Shown here piece by piece: positions 9,629 to 21,700 of a stretch of DNA of 64,000 nucleotides. Both the position numbers and the translations under genes were made by a program. Position 1 is the stretch's first letter. Each line of letters starts with the position of its first letter. The notes under the pieces were generated by a model. It made no database searches, was not told the DNA's origin, and saw nothing but the letters and a program-made list of their open reading frames with translations. Origin of the DNA: Perkinsela sp. CCAP 1560/9 (lineage: Eukaryota; Protista; Euglenozoa: Kinetoplastea); the NCBI GenBank assembly GCA_965644495.1, contig CBFFSA010000005.1:558001-622000 (forward strand), read 5' to 3'.

Positions 9629-12600
9629 ATGAATCCTTATCCTTACCCGTATCCATCCAATCCATTGCCTTCTCCGTCTGGTCAGACCAATGATCCTTCT
9701 CTACGGACACAGCAATCACCTCCACAGGAACAGCATCCTTCTACATACGGCTATCCACCTGTGCACGCAGCCTTGCCTTCCTACCCGACCGGGACCGTCC
9801 CATACCCTGTGGCTCCCACGCCTCCCTCATATGGAATGCATGATCCCTCGCTTTCACAAAATAACCCGGCTACCCACCAGTCCTCCATCCCTGGGTCGCT
9901 TGCACCGTCGCACGCACCCCTTCTCATGGCTCAAACCACCAAGCCGTTCCCACCACAAAATCCTTCCCTCGGAGTGCATCCTCCCGCTGGCCTGACGCAA
10001 TCCATACCACAGCCCTCATTGCCGAATTTACCTACTCAGGCAAGGGCTGCTTTTCCAAACCTATCGCAATGTTCCGGTTCGAATCTGTCTCCGCCTCCGC
10101 CTGGGCCGACTGCCACTTTTCCGGGATCCATATCCGCTCCTTCTGCGGCGAATAACTTACAACAGCCCTATCCTACACCGATGCAACCATCGATGGCTCG
10201 AACTGTGGAGGCTACACAGTATTTCGGAGAAAGCGCGCCACAACCGACGTCTATTCCCCAGCCTGTTGCTACCCCTGGGGGCGTCGCACGCCCTTCTGGG
10301 GAAGTCTTGGCTCAACCATCAATCGCACAATCGACAGGTTTGTTTTCCTATCCCTCCGGGACAACGTATCCTACTGCGATGGCTTCCATAACTCCTGTAC
10401 CGTCTTCGGGATATTCTACCCCAAATGTCGCGCCACCAGCTCCGGGACACACTTTCGTTCAGCAAGCACAGCCCAATACTGCTGGCTTTGCTTCACAGCC
10501 ATCCGTCTCTACAGTCCCTCCACAACCAACGGTACGTACGAACATTGGGGTACCTGAAACTACAGTTCAAAAACTGGCACCGTCTCAAGATCCCTTTTCG
10601 ACTCTTTCTTCCTATTCAAAGCCTATAACCCAGCCCCAGGCACCATCTACGGGCATTGAACACTTGTTTGGTGACGTCCAACTTTCTCCGAAAGTACCCA
10701 GTACTCGACAAGTGGATTCAACGACCAAAGCATTCCAATCGGGAAGAACTCCTGACACGTCGTTTGAATCAGCGCCAGATTTAGTTTTTAAGGCCCCCAC
10801 TTCTGCGACTGAATTTCCGAAACACGAAACGGCACACTTCGTGGAACCCAAGTCAAAGATAATCGAGTCACCCAATAAAAATAAGATGGATCATCTTTTC
10901 TTTGCTTCTGAATCCGCTTCCTTGTCCGCAGGGCCTTCTGCTATCCGTAGTCATCAATTGCATAGACCTCCTGACCCACAGAAACATAGCATAGGAGAGT
11001 CACCGAAAGCTTCTGGAGATGGCATGGCTTCTGTTGGGCCTAATTCCTTACCTTTGGTTTCAAAATCTGATCAGTCACCCAGTATTGTGCCTCCATTAAG
11101 TTTCGATCACACAGCCTCCATTTCCAGTACAATTCGTTCTGAAACTTCAGCTGAATTTTGGTCGGATGATTTCGCGCCTAAGACAAAGGATGCGTCAAGC
11201 ACAACCCCACTGTCTTCTCTTTATAGTATCCCAGGTGTCGATAAATTCAAGTTGGAGAACGGTTCATTGGTAACTTCCGGTGCCGAAGCTCGATTGAGTG
11301 ATTTTTTGTCCGGCTTAAAAAAGGTAATTAATAGTCCTGAAAGAGCAGACGCTCCCTCATCCACCATGAAATCTTCAGAAGACGCTTCCACTGCATACTT
11401 AGCGGCGCGTACGTCCTCCACTCCTGATCGTGTCCGAGATGCATTATCATCGGACGAACCGGAGAAAAGGGCTCAAGGACCTGTAGGAACTGAGTTCCAG
11501 AACCACACGGGCGCTTCGGGATCTCAGGATATCTTCCAAACTTTGAATCCCACATTTGCAGCATTACCAACCTCTCAACAAAATACAACTCCATTGAACG
11601 TGACATCCAAGCCTATGACACTTCCTGTTCAAACGTTCTCGACTACCCCAGTGAGCACATCACAGCCTAGCTCGAAAATTGGTTCCTCTACGCATAACTC
11701 TTTGGCAAATACCCCTGTGGCATCTCCGCTGGAAAGCACGTCCTACCTGAATAATCAATCTCACCAAGTGGCGAATACACTCTCCAGGCACACAATGGAA
11801 CGTGAATCAACCTATCCCAGCATCGCACATGTTGGGTATCCCAATATTACACACCCTCCTGTGCACCAAATCGCCTCTCCCGGTGGCGCGTCAGGTCTCA
11901 CCACACCCCAAAATCTTACGCCCGCATCTGCTCCGTTCCAAGCAACCCCACAAGTCGATCTGCCACAGACTACACCCTCGTGGCAGACGTCTGCTCCAAC
12001 AGGTACACATTTCAGCGCACCACCGCAAATCTCAGCCTCAACGAACACCCCGTCCTTCTCTAATTTGTCCCAACCCACTCCCTCCATCACCGCACACCCA
12101 CCCCACCCCATGCCACCTTCCCACCAGCCCGACACCCCGATCCCCCAACCCCACCCCACAACCCATCAACCCTACCCCAATCCCCCAACCCCACAATACC
12201 CCCCCGAGATCCTGTCCTCCCTTCCCCCCAACGCCCCCCTTCCCTCCTCTTCTCCTTCTTCCACCTCTGCCCTCCCCACCTCCCCCACCTCCCGCCCCCC
12301 CTCCACCTCCCGCCGTATCGACCCCACCCAAGTCCCCAACCCCTCCCGGGACCTCCTCCCCAGCAACGGCACCCGTGCGTTCTACCGCACCGCCGCCGCC
12401 GACACCCTCCCCCCCCCTGCCGGCTCCTCCTCCCTCACCCAGGACGACGGCAACGCCAGCCCCCGCTACGTGCGCCTCTCCTGCTACCGCGCCCCGCTCG
12501 AGCGCAAAGCCCTCGAGGGCGCCCAGCTCCCCTGGGCTGCCGTACTCACCCCGCTGGCACCCCCGGGCCCCGGAGAGGGCCCCGTGCCCGTCGTGCTCCC

Positions 12601-14788
12601 GGTCCCCGGGCACGGCCCCGTGCGCTGCCGACGCTGCCGGGCCTACGTCTCCTGCCACAGCACGTTCACCGAGCAAGGCCGGAGGTGGGGGTGCACGTAC
12701 TGTCGCATTGACAACGAGGTCCCGCAAGGGTATGGGTGCGGGCTGGACCCCGCGACGGGGCGACGGATGGACTACGGCACCCGGGCCGAGCTCACGGTCG
12801 GGAGTGTGGAGTATAATGTCGAGGGGTTGTCGGATTATGCCCTGCGGCGTGGGCAGAGTGAGGGGGTGGTGGGAGTGGGGAAGACGGCCCCGGCGGCGAC
12901 CTACCCGCTTCATGTGGTGTTTGTGTTGGATATTTCGTGTGGGGTGGGTGATGCAACGTCCGGGTATCTTGGCGCAATGGTTGAGGCATTGACACAGGCG
13001 CTTCGTGTGGCGGCGCAAACCAGTCCGGAGGTTTATGTGGGGTTTGTCACATTCGCATCGAGCGTTCATTTCTATGACTTTCGAGTCATGCGAACTGATG
13101 CCACGTCCCGACGTGCGGCGCAAGTTTGCATGAATGAGCCAGACAACCCGTTTGTCCCTCTTCCGTTCAATCAGCTTTGTTGGCTCTCATTGGAGCGTGA
13201 AATTGACGTGGCACTTCGTTTTGTTCAAGATTTACCAGTCTATGCCGCTCACTGTACTGAACGGGGTTCTGCTCTGGGCGCAGCAGTGCGATGTGCACAA
13301 CTCATATTGCATGACACAGGAGGTCGGGTAATCGTTTCCACTACTCAGGGATGTCACACTGGACTTGGTGCCCTGAAACCTCGGGAAGAAAACAAACTCA
13401 TCGGTGTTAATAATGATCGCGAGGCCTTCCTTCCTCGTGAAGGTTTTTGGACCACCATTGCGACAGAAGCTGCAAAACGGCAAATATCCTTCGACTGGAT
13501 CAATTTTTCGTCAAGCTTTGTGGAACTTCCCACACTGTCCCAACTCTCTCATCTCTCCTCTGGTAACATTTTGGAAATGTCGCACTTCGTTCCCAGTCGA
13601 GATAGCTCACGATTGAAGCATGAACTTACTGAAATACTTGCCCAGCCCTCGGCGCATGGTGCGATCCTACGCGTACGAGTGTCCAACGGGACCCGTGTGG
13701 CAAGCTACAGTGGACACTACCTCTCCCAGGACGCCAAAGACATGGACCTCGCGGCGCTGTATCCGAACCAAAGTTTTCTTGTTGAATTCGAGCACGAGGG
13801 ACGCCTTGAGTCGCCAACAGAGTGGTACCTTCAAGCCGCGCTGCTTTACACCACACCGCGAGGGGACCGACGGCTGCGCGTGCATTCTCTTCGCGTCCCC
13901 GTCGTGGCACAAATTCCTGAGCTGTTTAAAGGGTGTGACTTGGAGGCCACCTTGGCATGTTACCTTCACCGCTCCCTGCGAGCCGTAGTTGCAAAGGGTC
14001 TAACAAAGGCACGCGAGGCTATGAATCAGCAAGTGACGGAGATGTTATTTTCCTACCGCCGTTATTGTTCCTCCAGTCAGCACGCCGGGCAGCTCATCCT
14101 CCCTGAAAATCTAAAACTTCTTCCCCTCTTTCTATACCTTAGTTTGAAAACCTTTGCTCTTCGGCAACCTTCACAAACAGATGTGCGAGTGGACGACCGT
14201 GCACGCGATTTACACCGACTTCTCGCTCTTCCTCCCTCCCAGCTTCTTCTCTACCTCTATCCTCGAACGTACGACTTGACGAATTTGTTGAGCACTCCCT
14301 CCGTAGGCACGTTTCCGCTGCTATCCTCTCCCGACTTTGCGGACAATTCCGTACCACCTTCCCCTTTTGCGAACTGTGTCATGCCCCCGTGGACGCAACT
14401 CTACGCGGAGCGAATTCGCAGCGATGGGGTTTATCTGTGTGACGACTTGGCGTTTGGGAAGACCTATTTGTGGGTGGGAAATCAGGTCACATCGGAATGT
14501 TTACAACAGCTGTTTGGAATTTCGGTGCTTCCCTCCTCAGAGACAATTACCGACGCATGGATGCTTCGCGAGGAGGTGAATCCTCGGCTTCGTGCCGTGT
14601 GGAATGAAATCCGAGCCACCCGTGGTAACATATTGCCCCGATTAGAGTTAATCCGGGAGGGTGTAGATTCGCTGGAGTCCTTGTGGTGGCAACGCATGGT
14701 GGAAGATCGCAACTGTGGAGAGACTTCTTATGTGGATTTTCTATGTCTTCTTCATGCCACTATTCGAGAGAAAATGATTATGGCTTAG
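9629..14788 (+). CDS. SEC24: COPII coat subunit Sec24 with long Pro/Ser/Thr/Gln-rich N-terminus
   Basis: RIDPTQVPNP, DDGNASPRYVRLS, GPVRCRRCRAY..WGCTYCRIDNEVP Zn finger, trunk VVFVLDIS..VGFVTF, beta-sandwich LRVRVSNG..LQAALLYT..GDRRLRVH, YRRYC..GQLILPENLKLLP, SYVDFLC.LH. Confidence 0.95.
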   Translation: MNPYPYPYPSNPLPSPSGQTNDPSLRTQQSPPQEQHPSTYGYPPVHAALPSYPTGTVPYPVAPTPPSYGMHDPSLSQNNPATHQSSIPGSLAPSHAPLLMAQTTKPFPPQNPSLGVHPPAGLTQSIPQPSLPNLPTQARAAFPNLSQCSGSNLSPPPPGPTATFPGSISAPSAANNLQQPYPTPMQPSMARTVEATQYFGESAPQPTSIPQPVATPGGVARPSGEVLAQPSIAQSTGLFSYPSGTTYPTAMASITPVPSSGYSTPNVAPPAPGHTFVQQAQPNTAGFASQPSVSTVPPQPTVRTNIGVPETTVQKLAPSQDPFSTLSSYSKPITQPQAPSTGIEHLFGDVQLSPKVPSTRQVDSTTKAFQSGRTPDTSFESAPDLVFKAPTSATEFPKHETAHFVEPKSKIIESPNKNKMDHLFFASESASLSAGPSAIRSHQLHRPPDPQKHSIGESPKASGDGMASVGPNSLPLVSKSDQSPSIVPPLSFDHTASISSTIRSETSAEFWSDDFAPKTKDASSTTPLSSLYSIPGVDKFKLENGSLVTSGAEARLSDFLSGLKKVINSPERADAPSSTMKSSEDASTAYLAARTSSTPDRVRDALSSDEPEKRAQGPVGTEFQNHTGASGSQDIFQTLNPTFAALPTSQQNTTPLNVTSKPMTLPVQTFSTTPVSTSQPSSKIGSSTHNSLANTPVASPLESTSYLNNQSHQVANTLSRHTMERESTYPSIAHVGYPNITHPPVHQIASPGGASGLTTPQNLTPASAPFQATPQVDLPQTTPSWQTSAPTGTHFSAPPQISASTNTPSFSNLSQPTPSITAHPPHPMPPSHQPDTPIPQPHPTTHQPYPNPPTPQYPPEILSSLPPNAPLPSSSPSSTSALPTSPTSRPPSTSRRIDPTQVPNPSRDLLPSNGTRAFYRTAAADTLPPPAGSSSLTQDDGNASPRYVRLSCYRAPLERKALEGAQLPWAAVLTPLAPPGPGEGPVPVVLPVPGHGPVRCRRCRAYVSCHSTFTEQGRRWGCTYCRIDNEVPQGYGCGLDPATGRRMDYGTRAELTVGSVEYNVEGLSDYALRRGQSEGVVGVGKTAPAATYPLHVVFVLDISCGVGDATSGYLGAMVEALTQALRVAAQTSPEVYVGFVTFASSVHFYDFRVMRTDATSRRAAQVCMNEPDNPFVPLPFNQLCWLSLEREIDVALRFVQDLPVYAAHCTERGSALGAAVRCAQLILHDTGGRVIVSTTQGCHTGLGALKPREENKLIGVNNDREAFLPREGFWTTIATEAAKRQISFDWINFSSSFVELPTLSQLSHLSSGNILEMSHFVPSRDSSRLKHELTEILAQPSAHGAILRVRVSNGTRVASYSGHYLSQDAKDMDLAALYPNQSFLVEFEHEGRLESPTEWYLQAALLYTTPRGDRRLRVHSLRVPVVAQIPELFKGCDLEATLACYLHRSLRAVVAKGLTKAREAMNQQVTEMLFSYRRYCSSSQHAGQLILPENLKLLPLFLYLSLKTFALRQPSQTDVRVDDRARDLHRLLALPPSQLLLYLYPRTYDLTNLLSTPSVGTFPLLSSPDFADNSVPPSPFANCVMPPWTQLYAERIRSDGVYLCDDLAFGKTYLWVGNQVTSECLQQLFGISVLPSSETITDAWMLREEVNPRLRAVWNEIRATRGNILPRLELIREGVDSLESLWWQRMVEDRNCGETSYVDFLCLLHATIREKMIMA
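12050..13050. other. Skew-switch island 3 (in SEC24)
   Basis: C-rich 12060-12500, switch near 12650, G/T-rich 12680-12960. Confidence 0.88.
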
Positions 14789-15189
14789 AGAAGTCAGAAT
14801 AGAAGCGAATGCGTTTCAAAGGAACTTGCAGAGTTGTTTTATACGAAATAATACGACATGAGTAAATATTTGTATTCCATTGCGTCTTTCACTGTACGTA
14901 GATTGCTATTTGCTTCAACATTTTAGTTCAACTAAAACATAAATATAGATTAGGGCGAAAAACATGTGATTTCATAAATGGGTTTCATACACAAGTCATT
15001 TTTCTCAATATTTTTTGCGAAAACATTATCTTAAGAGATCGCAAATTGCAACGTGTAGATCTTGTGCGCGACCTACTTAGCTTATTTTTTAGAACCAACT
15101 GTAAAGACTCCTTTTCATATTTCGTACTCCTTGCGCTATGCTTATCTCTCACCACCCAACACGCATGTGGTAACTTTCCTCACCACGTC

Positions 15190-16524
15190 ATGGACGACAT
15201 TTCACTCCTACATCGCATTCCCCTGCAAGCACGCAACGTGAACCAAGACTTCCCTCTCGACTCCCTTTCCCACACCCCTATGTGTGAGATGGCCGCCTTG
15301 TGTGAGATGGCCGACGGCTCTCCGGAACATCACGACGGTAGCACCCCTTTCGGCCCTCGTCCCTCCTTTACCTCCTCCCCCCTCGCCGTACCCCCCACCC
15401 CCTGCCACCCTCTACGATCCCTCTCCTCCACCTCTCTCCCAAGTCTCCCCCCAACCCGACTCGACACCTTTCCCTCCGAAATCCCCACCTCCTCCTCCTC
15501 CTCCTCCCTCTCCCCCTACCACTCCCCCCTACCCGACCGTTCCACACACCTCACTCTCCCTTCCCATTCCCTACCCCCCACCACCACCACCGACCTCTCC
15601 CCTCCCTTCCTCCACAACCTCCACGCCCCCACCTCCCCCACCCCCACAACCCACACCAACAACCCCCACACCACAGTACTCCCTCATCCCCACACAACCT
15701 CTACGACCACCACCACCACCACCACAACCCCCTACCCCCTCTCTACCCCTACCCCCTCCACGCTCTACCCCCACGGCCACCCCCCCCTCCACGCGACCCC
15801 CGTGTCTCACCCCCGTCCCCCGGTCTACCCCACCACCGCGACCACCACCGCGACTCCCCCCGACCACGCCCTCTCCTCCTGCGTCACCCCCGTCCCCCTC
15901 ACCCGGCAGCACGGCGACCTGGTCCGTCGCCTGGCCGCGGAGCTCGACGTGGGCTCCGCCCTGCGCCGCACCCTGCGCCCCCCGGTGATCCGCCCCGTCA
16001 CCCCGTTCCTGTGCCTCAGCGGGGAGGAGGCTGCGCTGTGTGGGGCGCAGCTCACCGCGCACGGCATCTCCCACGTGGTGAATGTCGCCGCGGGGGACAC
16101 CAGCGCGCTCGGGGGGCGGGCGGTGTACCCCGCGCTGGGGATCGCCTACCGTGGGGTGCACACGCTGGATGACGGGGAGTACCCGATCCTGGTGTACCAC
16201 TACGACGGGTTTGCGGGGTTGGTGGATGAGGTCAGGGCGGGGGGAGGGGGGGAGGGGGGGGAGGGGGGGAATCCTGGGGTGGTGTTGGTGCATTGTCTTG
16301 GAGGGGTGAACCGGAGTGCGATTCTGTGTGTGGCGTATCTGGTGGAGCGGTGTGGGGTGGATTTAGTGACGGCGTGCCGGTGGGTACGGGGGAGTAACGG
16401 GTCGGATTATATTTTAGAGAATGTGGGGTTTCGGTTGCAGCTGGTGGAGTTTTGTACGGCGAGGTGTCCCGCGGCGCTGCAGTTCTCTCCTTCTCATGGA
16501 GAGGGGACACACCCGTCGTCATGA
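15190..16524 (+). CDS. Dual-specificity protein phosphatase with Pro/Thr-rich N-terminus
   Basis: GISHVVNVA, TLDD acid loop, catalytic VLVHCLGGVNRSA, AYLV, N.GFRLQL; first ATG 15190. Confidence 0.88.
   Translation: MDDISLLHRIPLQARNVNQDFPLDSLSHTPMCEMAALCEMADGSPEHHDGSTPFGPRPSFTSSPLAVPPTPCHPLRSLSSTSLPSLPPTRLDTFPSEIPTSSSSSSLSPYHSPLPDRSTHLTLPSHSLPPTTTTDLSPPFLHNLHAPTSPTPTTHTNNPHTTVLPHPHTTSTTTTTTTTTPYPLSTPTPSTLYPHGHPPLHATPVSHPRPPVYPTTATTTATPPDHALSSCVTPVPLTRQHGDLVRRLAAELDVGSALRRTLRPPVIRPVTPFLCLSGEEAALCGAQLTAHGISHVVNVAAGDTSALGGRAVYPALGIAYRGVHTLDDGEYPILVYHYDGFAGLVDEVRAGGGGEGGEGGNPGVVLVHCLGGVNRSAILCVAYLVERCGVDLVTACRWVRGSNGSDYILENVGFRLQLVEFCTARCPAALQFSPSHGEGTHPSS
15330..16460. other. Skew-switch island 4 (in first DUSP)
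   Basis: C-rich 15340-15900, switch near 16000, G-rich 16020-16460. Confidence 0.9.
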
Positions 16525-16834
16525 GTCTTTTGTCCGTTCTTGAGTAGAATAATACAAATTAGACATGCAATCATCACGCATATCGCTGTGTTGGCCGTGA
16601 AGGCTGGTTGACGGCACACAGGGCTAGATGATAGTTGGGCCTTAGATGGCGTGTTTTTCGACACCCTTTTCGTAACATAACCTTAAGAAGAGAATTGCGC
16701 TTATGGTAGAAAGTAAGTTTGCTTACTGTTAATTTTATCATTTTAGGTGGACATCCAGTATCCTAGTTTTATTTCCTAAAGGGTTTGTAGTTTTTTTTCT
16801 TTTTATTGTTCCATTTATCAATGTTCTGACTCGA

Positions 16835-17611
16835 ATGAGCATGGAAACCTTCAATTCCGGGGAATCAAGCGTCTCATCTATAAATGGCACGGATGCTTTG
16901 CACCCGGTACCTGAAATGGACAATACCACGTCATTGAACGAGCATAAAGCACCTCTTCCTGAACGTGCTACCCAGACATCGGAGCCCAGTTCGCAGTCGG
17001 CTCCTCCAAAAGTGAAAGATTTAGAAGTTGCAGCTGAGCCAAATCTTTCTGACAAGTCGTTGAAATCTGGTGATCTTATTGAGTCGAAAGAATCTGATGT
17101 CAATTCTTCGAACATGAAGGCCAGGGAGAATATTATCCATATTCCCTCCCCAGCGCCTTCCCTGGGCGATAATGCTCGTTCTACAAATCCGCCGGGCTTT
17201 GAGATGCCACCGAACGCTTCCGTCCCCGGTACGAAAACGGTCGGAAGCAAATTACTTCAAGGGCTTGCAAAACTTGCAGCAGAGCGATCTAAAAAATCAT
17301 CAGAAGACCTGATTGGTAAAAACGTTTCCACAGAATCCGAGCCTGATGTCTCTGTAGGTACACCGGGGGAAGTGCTTCCAGAGGGAGGTGAAACTTCAAA
17401 CTATATTTCTGTATCAAAGCCATCTGCAGGAGTACTGCCCCCGCAAGAAGCTCATACGTCCTCATACGAAGACTACAAACGGAAAACAGCGAACGAGTGC
17501 GCACTCCGTCTAATTGATTTGCAGGAAAAGAACATAGGTGACTTAGAATTTCGTCTGCGCATGTGCAAATGGATCCTCCACCCACGCAAACGTCCATCAC
17601 CTGGATTTTGA
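16835..17611 (+). CDS. Hypothetical protein, Ser/Pro/Glu-rich disordered with short helical C-terminus
   Basis: 258-aa ATG ORF, co-oriented with neighbours and preceded by a pyrimidine tract; no recognised domain. Confidence 0.55.
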   Translation: MSMETFNSGESSVSSINGTDALHPVPEMDNTTSLNEHKAPLPERATQTSEPSSQSAPPKVKDLEVAAEPNLSDKSLKSGDLIESKESDVNSSNMKARENIIHIPSPAPSLGDNARSTNPPGFEMPPNASVPGTKTVGSKLLQGLAKLAAERSKKSSEDLIGKNVSTESEPDVSVGTPGEVLPEGGETSNYISVSKPSAGVLPPQEAHTSSYEDYKRKTANECALRLIDLQEKNIGDLEFRLRMCKWILHPRKRPSPGF

Positions 17612-17764
17612 TATGGGATATTTTTTCTTAAATACTAATAATTCTTCTTATCGATAATGAAACTATAATGAAATGTCAAGGAACGAGAAAAGACCTCTCC
17701 AAACTTTTTTTAAAAATTTTTTAGTGGATTTTCTTCTTTTCTTCTGTTGGTTCTATGTGTCCTA

Positions 17765-18502
17765 ATGAACTCAAGTGCACTTTCTGTGAGTCGTCGTGGA
17801 AAGGTTCGTCCTTTTTTATTGTCAGCAGAGGGCCAACTAGAGAATTTTGTTGCCAACATTCGCAATACCCCTTCTAACTGGAGATTACCCTCGCGTCAGT
17901 GGTGGGGAAAGTCGAAAGCTGCTTCCATATGTGCTTGGCAAGGGATATACTGCAATTCTGCTCATCAGATTACCTCCATTGAATGGGATGGTTTGTTTCT
18001 GACTGGAAATATTAGTTGGGCGTACATACCGCAGTCGCTTGAAACGCTTTGTGTCTCGTACAACAATCTTTCAGGTAGCTTGGAAATTCCTTTTTTTCCT
18101 CCTTCTTTACGAAGTCTGCGTGGGAGCTATAATCGGTTCACGCATGGGATTGATCTTGCTGCGCTTCCAGAGGGTCACACATTATTCTGGGCTTCCCGAA
18201 ATTCTCTTTCCGGAACACTCGATTTAACGTCGCTTCCTCCAGTTCTGGGGCAACTCAACTTATGTACTAACAAATTTTATGGGAATATCGAGCTCGCTCA
18301 TCTTCCTCGAGTGGTCTGCTTTATAAATTTGTCAGAAAATCAACTTTCTGGTAATGTAGACCTCACAGAGCTTATGTGTAATCCAGATGTGCGCGTCGAT
18401 CTGCGGAAAAATGCTTTTTCAGGCTACTCGCCAGAGTTCAGGCCTCAAAACGTATTCCTTTCTAAAATTGGAATTGAAAAAGATGACAAGCTAACTTACT
18501 AA
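17765..18502 (+). CDS. Small leucine-rich repeat protein (LRRNT_2-like cap + plant-type LRRs)
   Basis: CAWQGIYC cap, repeats LxxLxxxxNxLSGxLDLxxLP; first in-frame ATG 17765. Confidence 0.88.
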   Translation: MNSSALSVSRRGKVRPFLLSAEGQLENFVANIRNTPSNWRLPSRQWWGKSKAASICAWQGIYCNSAHQITSIEWDGLFLTGNISWAYIPQSLETLCVSYNNLSGSLEIPFFPPSLRSLRGSYNRFTHGIDLAALPEGHTLFWASRNSLSGTLDLTSLPPVLGQLNLCTNKFYGNIELAHLPRVVCFINLSENQLSGNVDLTELMCNPDVRVDLRKNAFSGYSPEFRPQNVFLSKIGIEKDDKLTY

Positions 18503-18771
18503 AAGGTTAAGATTTGTCTTTGGCACTTAATGGGCAAAATTGCGAAAGGAAATAAAATTATTGAAAATACTCCTGTGTACGCAGCGCTACTTTAGACACC
18601 TTCGTAATTCAAAGTCATCTAGGACAAAGACAATACCCGGTATGTTTTTAAAAAAATCAAAGACATCCGGTATGTCTATTAGTATCCTTGATAAGCCATA
18701 CTTAGTTTCATATTAAAATATACAAATATTGGTCAAACATAGATTTTTTATTGATATTCACAAGGAAAGTC

Positions 18772-21700
18772 ATGTTCTGCCTCAATCGATCCAGGTCTTT
18801 GTGCCCACTTATACTTTTCCATGTAATCCTTTGTTTCTCACTTATCCCATGGCGAAGGGTTGGACACACGGGTGGCCGACTTCGACAGTCATTTGGTATA
18901 AGCGTGACATTTTCTTCCGTCTCATCCTTTCTTGATAGTCAACAAAAGATGAGTTTCGCGACTTGTTCAGATTCTTCAAATTCTCGATCTGCTCCCTCTC
19001 ATTTCTTTTCCGGAAACACACCTTCGACCTGTCCGAACCTCTGGCCTGCGATTGACCCGTTTGCCTTAGGAACTTTTCATGTGGATCCGGTGCTGGGTGC
19101 TGACGTGCCAATGTGTGGGACGCATGTGAAGTTCAATAATAATACATCAGGCTCTAGACAGCCGACTAGTTGCCGCTCATTGTCATACGTCCTCGATTTC
19201 GTTCCTTCGGGTTCCACAATTATTCTACATCCGGGTACATATGACTGTCCTTTGCATGGACATCATATCACGAAACCTTTACGTTTTATTGGAACCTCAA
19301 GCAAGGAGGTTCGTTTTGAGTGTGCGCAAAAGGGTAGAGCGTTCTTGTTTGATAATGTGTATGTTTCACTGAGCAATTTGTCTATAGCAGAAGGTCGTGC
19401 GCAGTATGCCGGTGGTATATTGGTACGAATGGAAAGTGATTTCGATATTCGATGTTCTCACGTATTATCTGATTTATTCTTCACACATTGCTCCGCGTAC
19501 GCCACTGAGGAGGTCACAGATGACAATAACGCAGTTTCAGATATGATCCGCGCGGCTGGAGCACTTCTCATTCAATATCGTTTTCGTTCGTATCGCACAT
19601 CGAAGTTGGAAAACGTAAATTTTGTTGGCAATGTTGTACTCGGAAAAATACAACAAAATAATGACGATGTAACATCTCAGTACTCATCTGGAGGAATGGG
19701 CATAGTACAGCTTGATGAACGTGAAAAAATTAGCACTGAAAAACTTCCCCATCGAGCGTCCCTTGGGTCACCTCTCAAGTTGGGCAACACTCAATGTCGG
19801 AGTCTAGAAGTTCGTGGCTTTTCACCAAACTTAAAAAATATTAACGGGTACTACCTATTGAGCGCCACACAGACTGAGGAACTAAACATTGGTGCACAGC
19901 TGAACTCTGGGACTTGCTCACTGAATCGTACTTTTCTACGTTATTCTCAAGTGCCCACTCCGGTGGGATATGTTGATGGGTTCTCTGGTCATCAGTTTTT
20001 TTACTGTGTATCGACGGGGCGATGGGTCTTCGCACCCGAGCGAGTTCTCTTTCAAAATGCTTTTCAGGACCTACCGCACTGTGGAGGTGTTGTCGTTAGC
20101 GCTCCTACTGGTTCATCAGAAGAAGACCTTCTTTCTGTATCACGTTGGTACCTGTTGGAGGATGAAATCCCCGAGATGGAAGTAGATCCTTCCTATTTGC
20201 AATTTCCATTAACTATATTTTGCGCAGATCAAGCGGATGTGTCCTCCTTACATCTTACGTCTCTTCCTACTCGACTCCGAAGCTACGCGGGAATGTATTT
20301 ACACCATCCTAATTTGACTGTTGCGGGTCGTTCCGTATTTTATCGAGATTTGGAATCGCAGCGAGATTATATTTATTTTTGCTTGGGTTCTGGAGAGTGG
20401 ATTGTGACCAGCGAGGATCCTATCAGTAATGCACAGTATCCCGCCGATGTTTCCCAAAAAGGAATAACACAAGTTCGCAGTTATGCTATTCCAGAAGTAT
20501 TTGTTCAGGATCGCGCAAATCAAGAGGTAACATCTGAATCTGAGGGACTCTACGAACCTTTTCCCCATACCGCACTAGAAGAACTTCTGGACAAGAGGAA
20601 CCCAAGTCGTCCTCGAGTCTGTGGCAAAGCTATATCAGGAAGCACAACTTTGTCCGCCCACCCCTTAACATGCAACCTTTCAAATTGGCGCTACCTTGAT
20701 ACCGAAAGTTGGAAAGAAGAAAAGTTACCTCAAATGGGGTTGCATCACTATGAAGTGGAAAGTGCATGTAAAGCTCTTCAGGTTTCCATATACGGTCTCA
20801 GTATTTCGCAAAGAACTTTCGGTGAGTATCCATTACTCTCTTGTGAAGGTGTATACGTCCGTAGGAAGAACCAGTGGAATGGCTACCCTGTGTACTATAA
20901 AAGCCACGCGACAACGACACATAGTAGCGGTGTGCAACACGACAAAGGGGCTGAATTCTATCTTTATTTTTGCTACGGGTCTCAAGAATGGATTGTATCT
21001 CCCACAAATCCATGGAATTCCCAGCTTACGATGAGCGATAAAACGTGTGAAAAAATAATTCGGTCGCTTCCCTGTCGTATGCCAGACCCCACCCAATGGC
21101 ATGGCATGTGGAGCTATTGGGATTCCTCTCAACGTAAATGGAAAAAGGGTGACCAGATGATTTCCATTTCCTGCATTGATGGGTGTTCCGAAATCTCATT
21201 GGAGGATCTGCAGTTCCTTTCTGATCGGTCAGCTAATGATTTTTTATCACGTAATACTACACAACCAATTCCTTTTGGATTGTATACCAAAGCTCCCGCA
21301 CCGTTCTACGATGCTCATGCACGTTTTTATCAGCAAGAAGAATCTTTTAGAATACGGCATTCTGTCTTGTCTCAACTTCATATAGATCACACTTCATTGG
21401 AAAACGCCAACTTACTATTTTTCAGTCATTTCCCTGCTACTTGTAAGCAAACGCAAGCTGCTTCACGCGAGACAAAATCAGGCGTCCTTCTCAGCACGGA
21501 CACTTTGTCTCTATTGTCTCAAAACAATAGCACGGACGTAAACGCTATGTACTCGAATGTAATACTAAGAGCCACGGGGAAAATCTCGTGTAGTTCGGTA
21601 GAAATACGTAATCTACCGCAGAATTCATCCCATGTGAATGGCGTATACGTAGACCACGGAACAGTGTTTGCGCGTAGAAAGGTTTTCGTACTTGATGAAG

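Noticed and set aside
9629-12300. Very long low-complexity Sec24 N-terminus as a novelty
   Set aside because: Pro/Gln-rich disordered N-termini are normal for Sec24; only the C-rich end belongs to the skew-island finding
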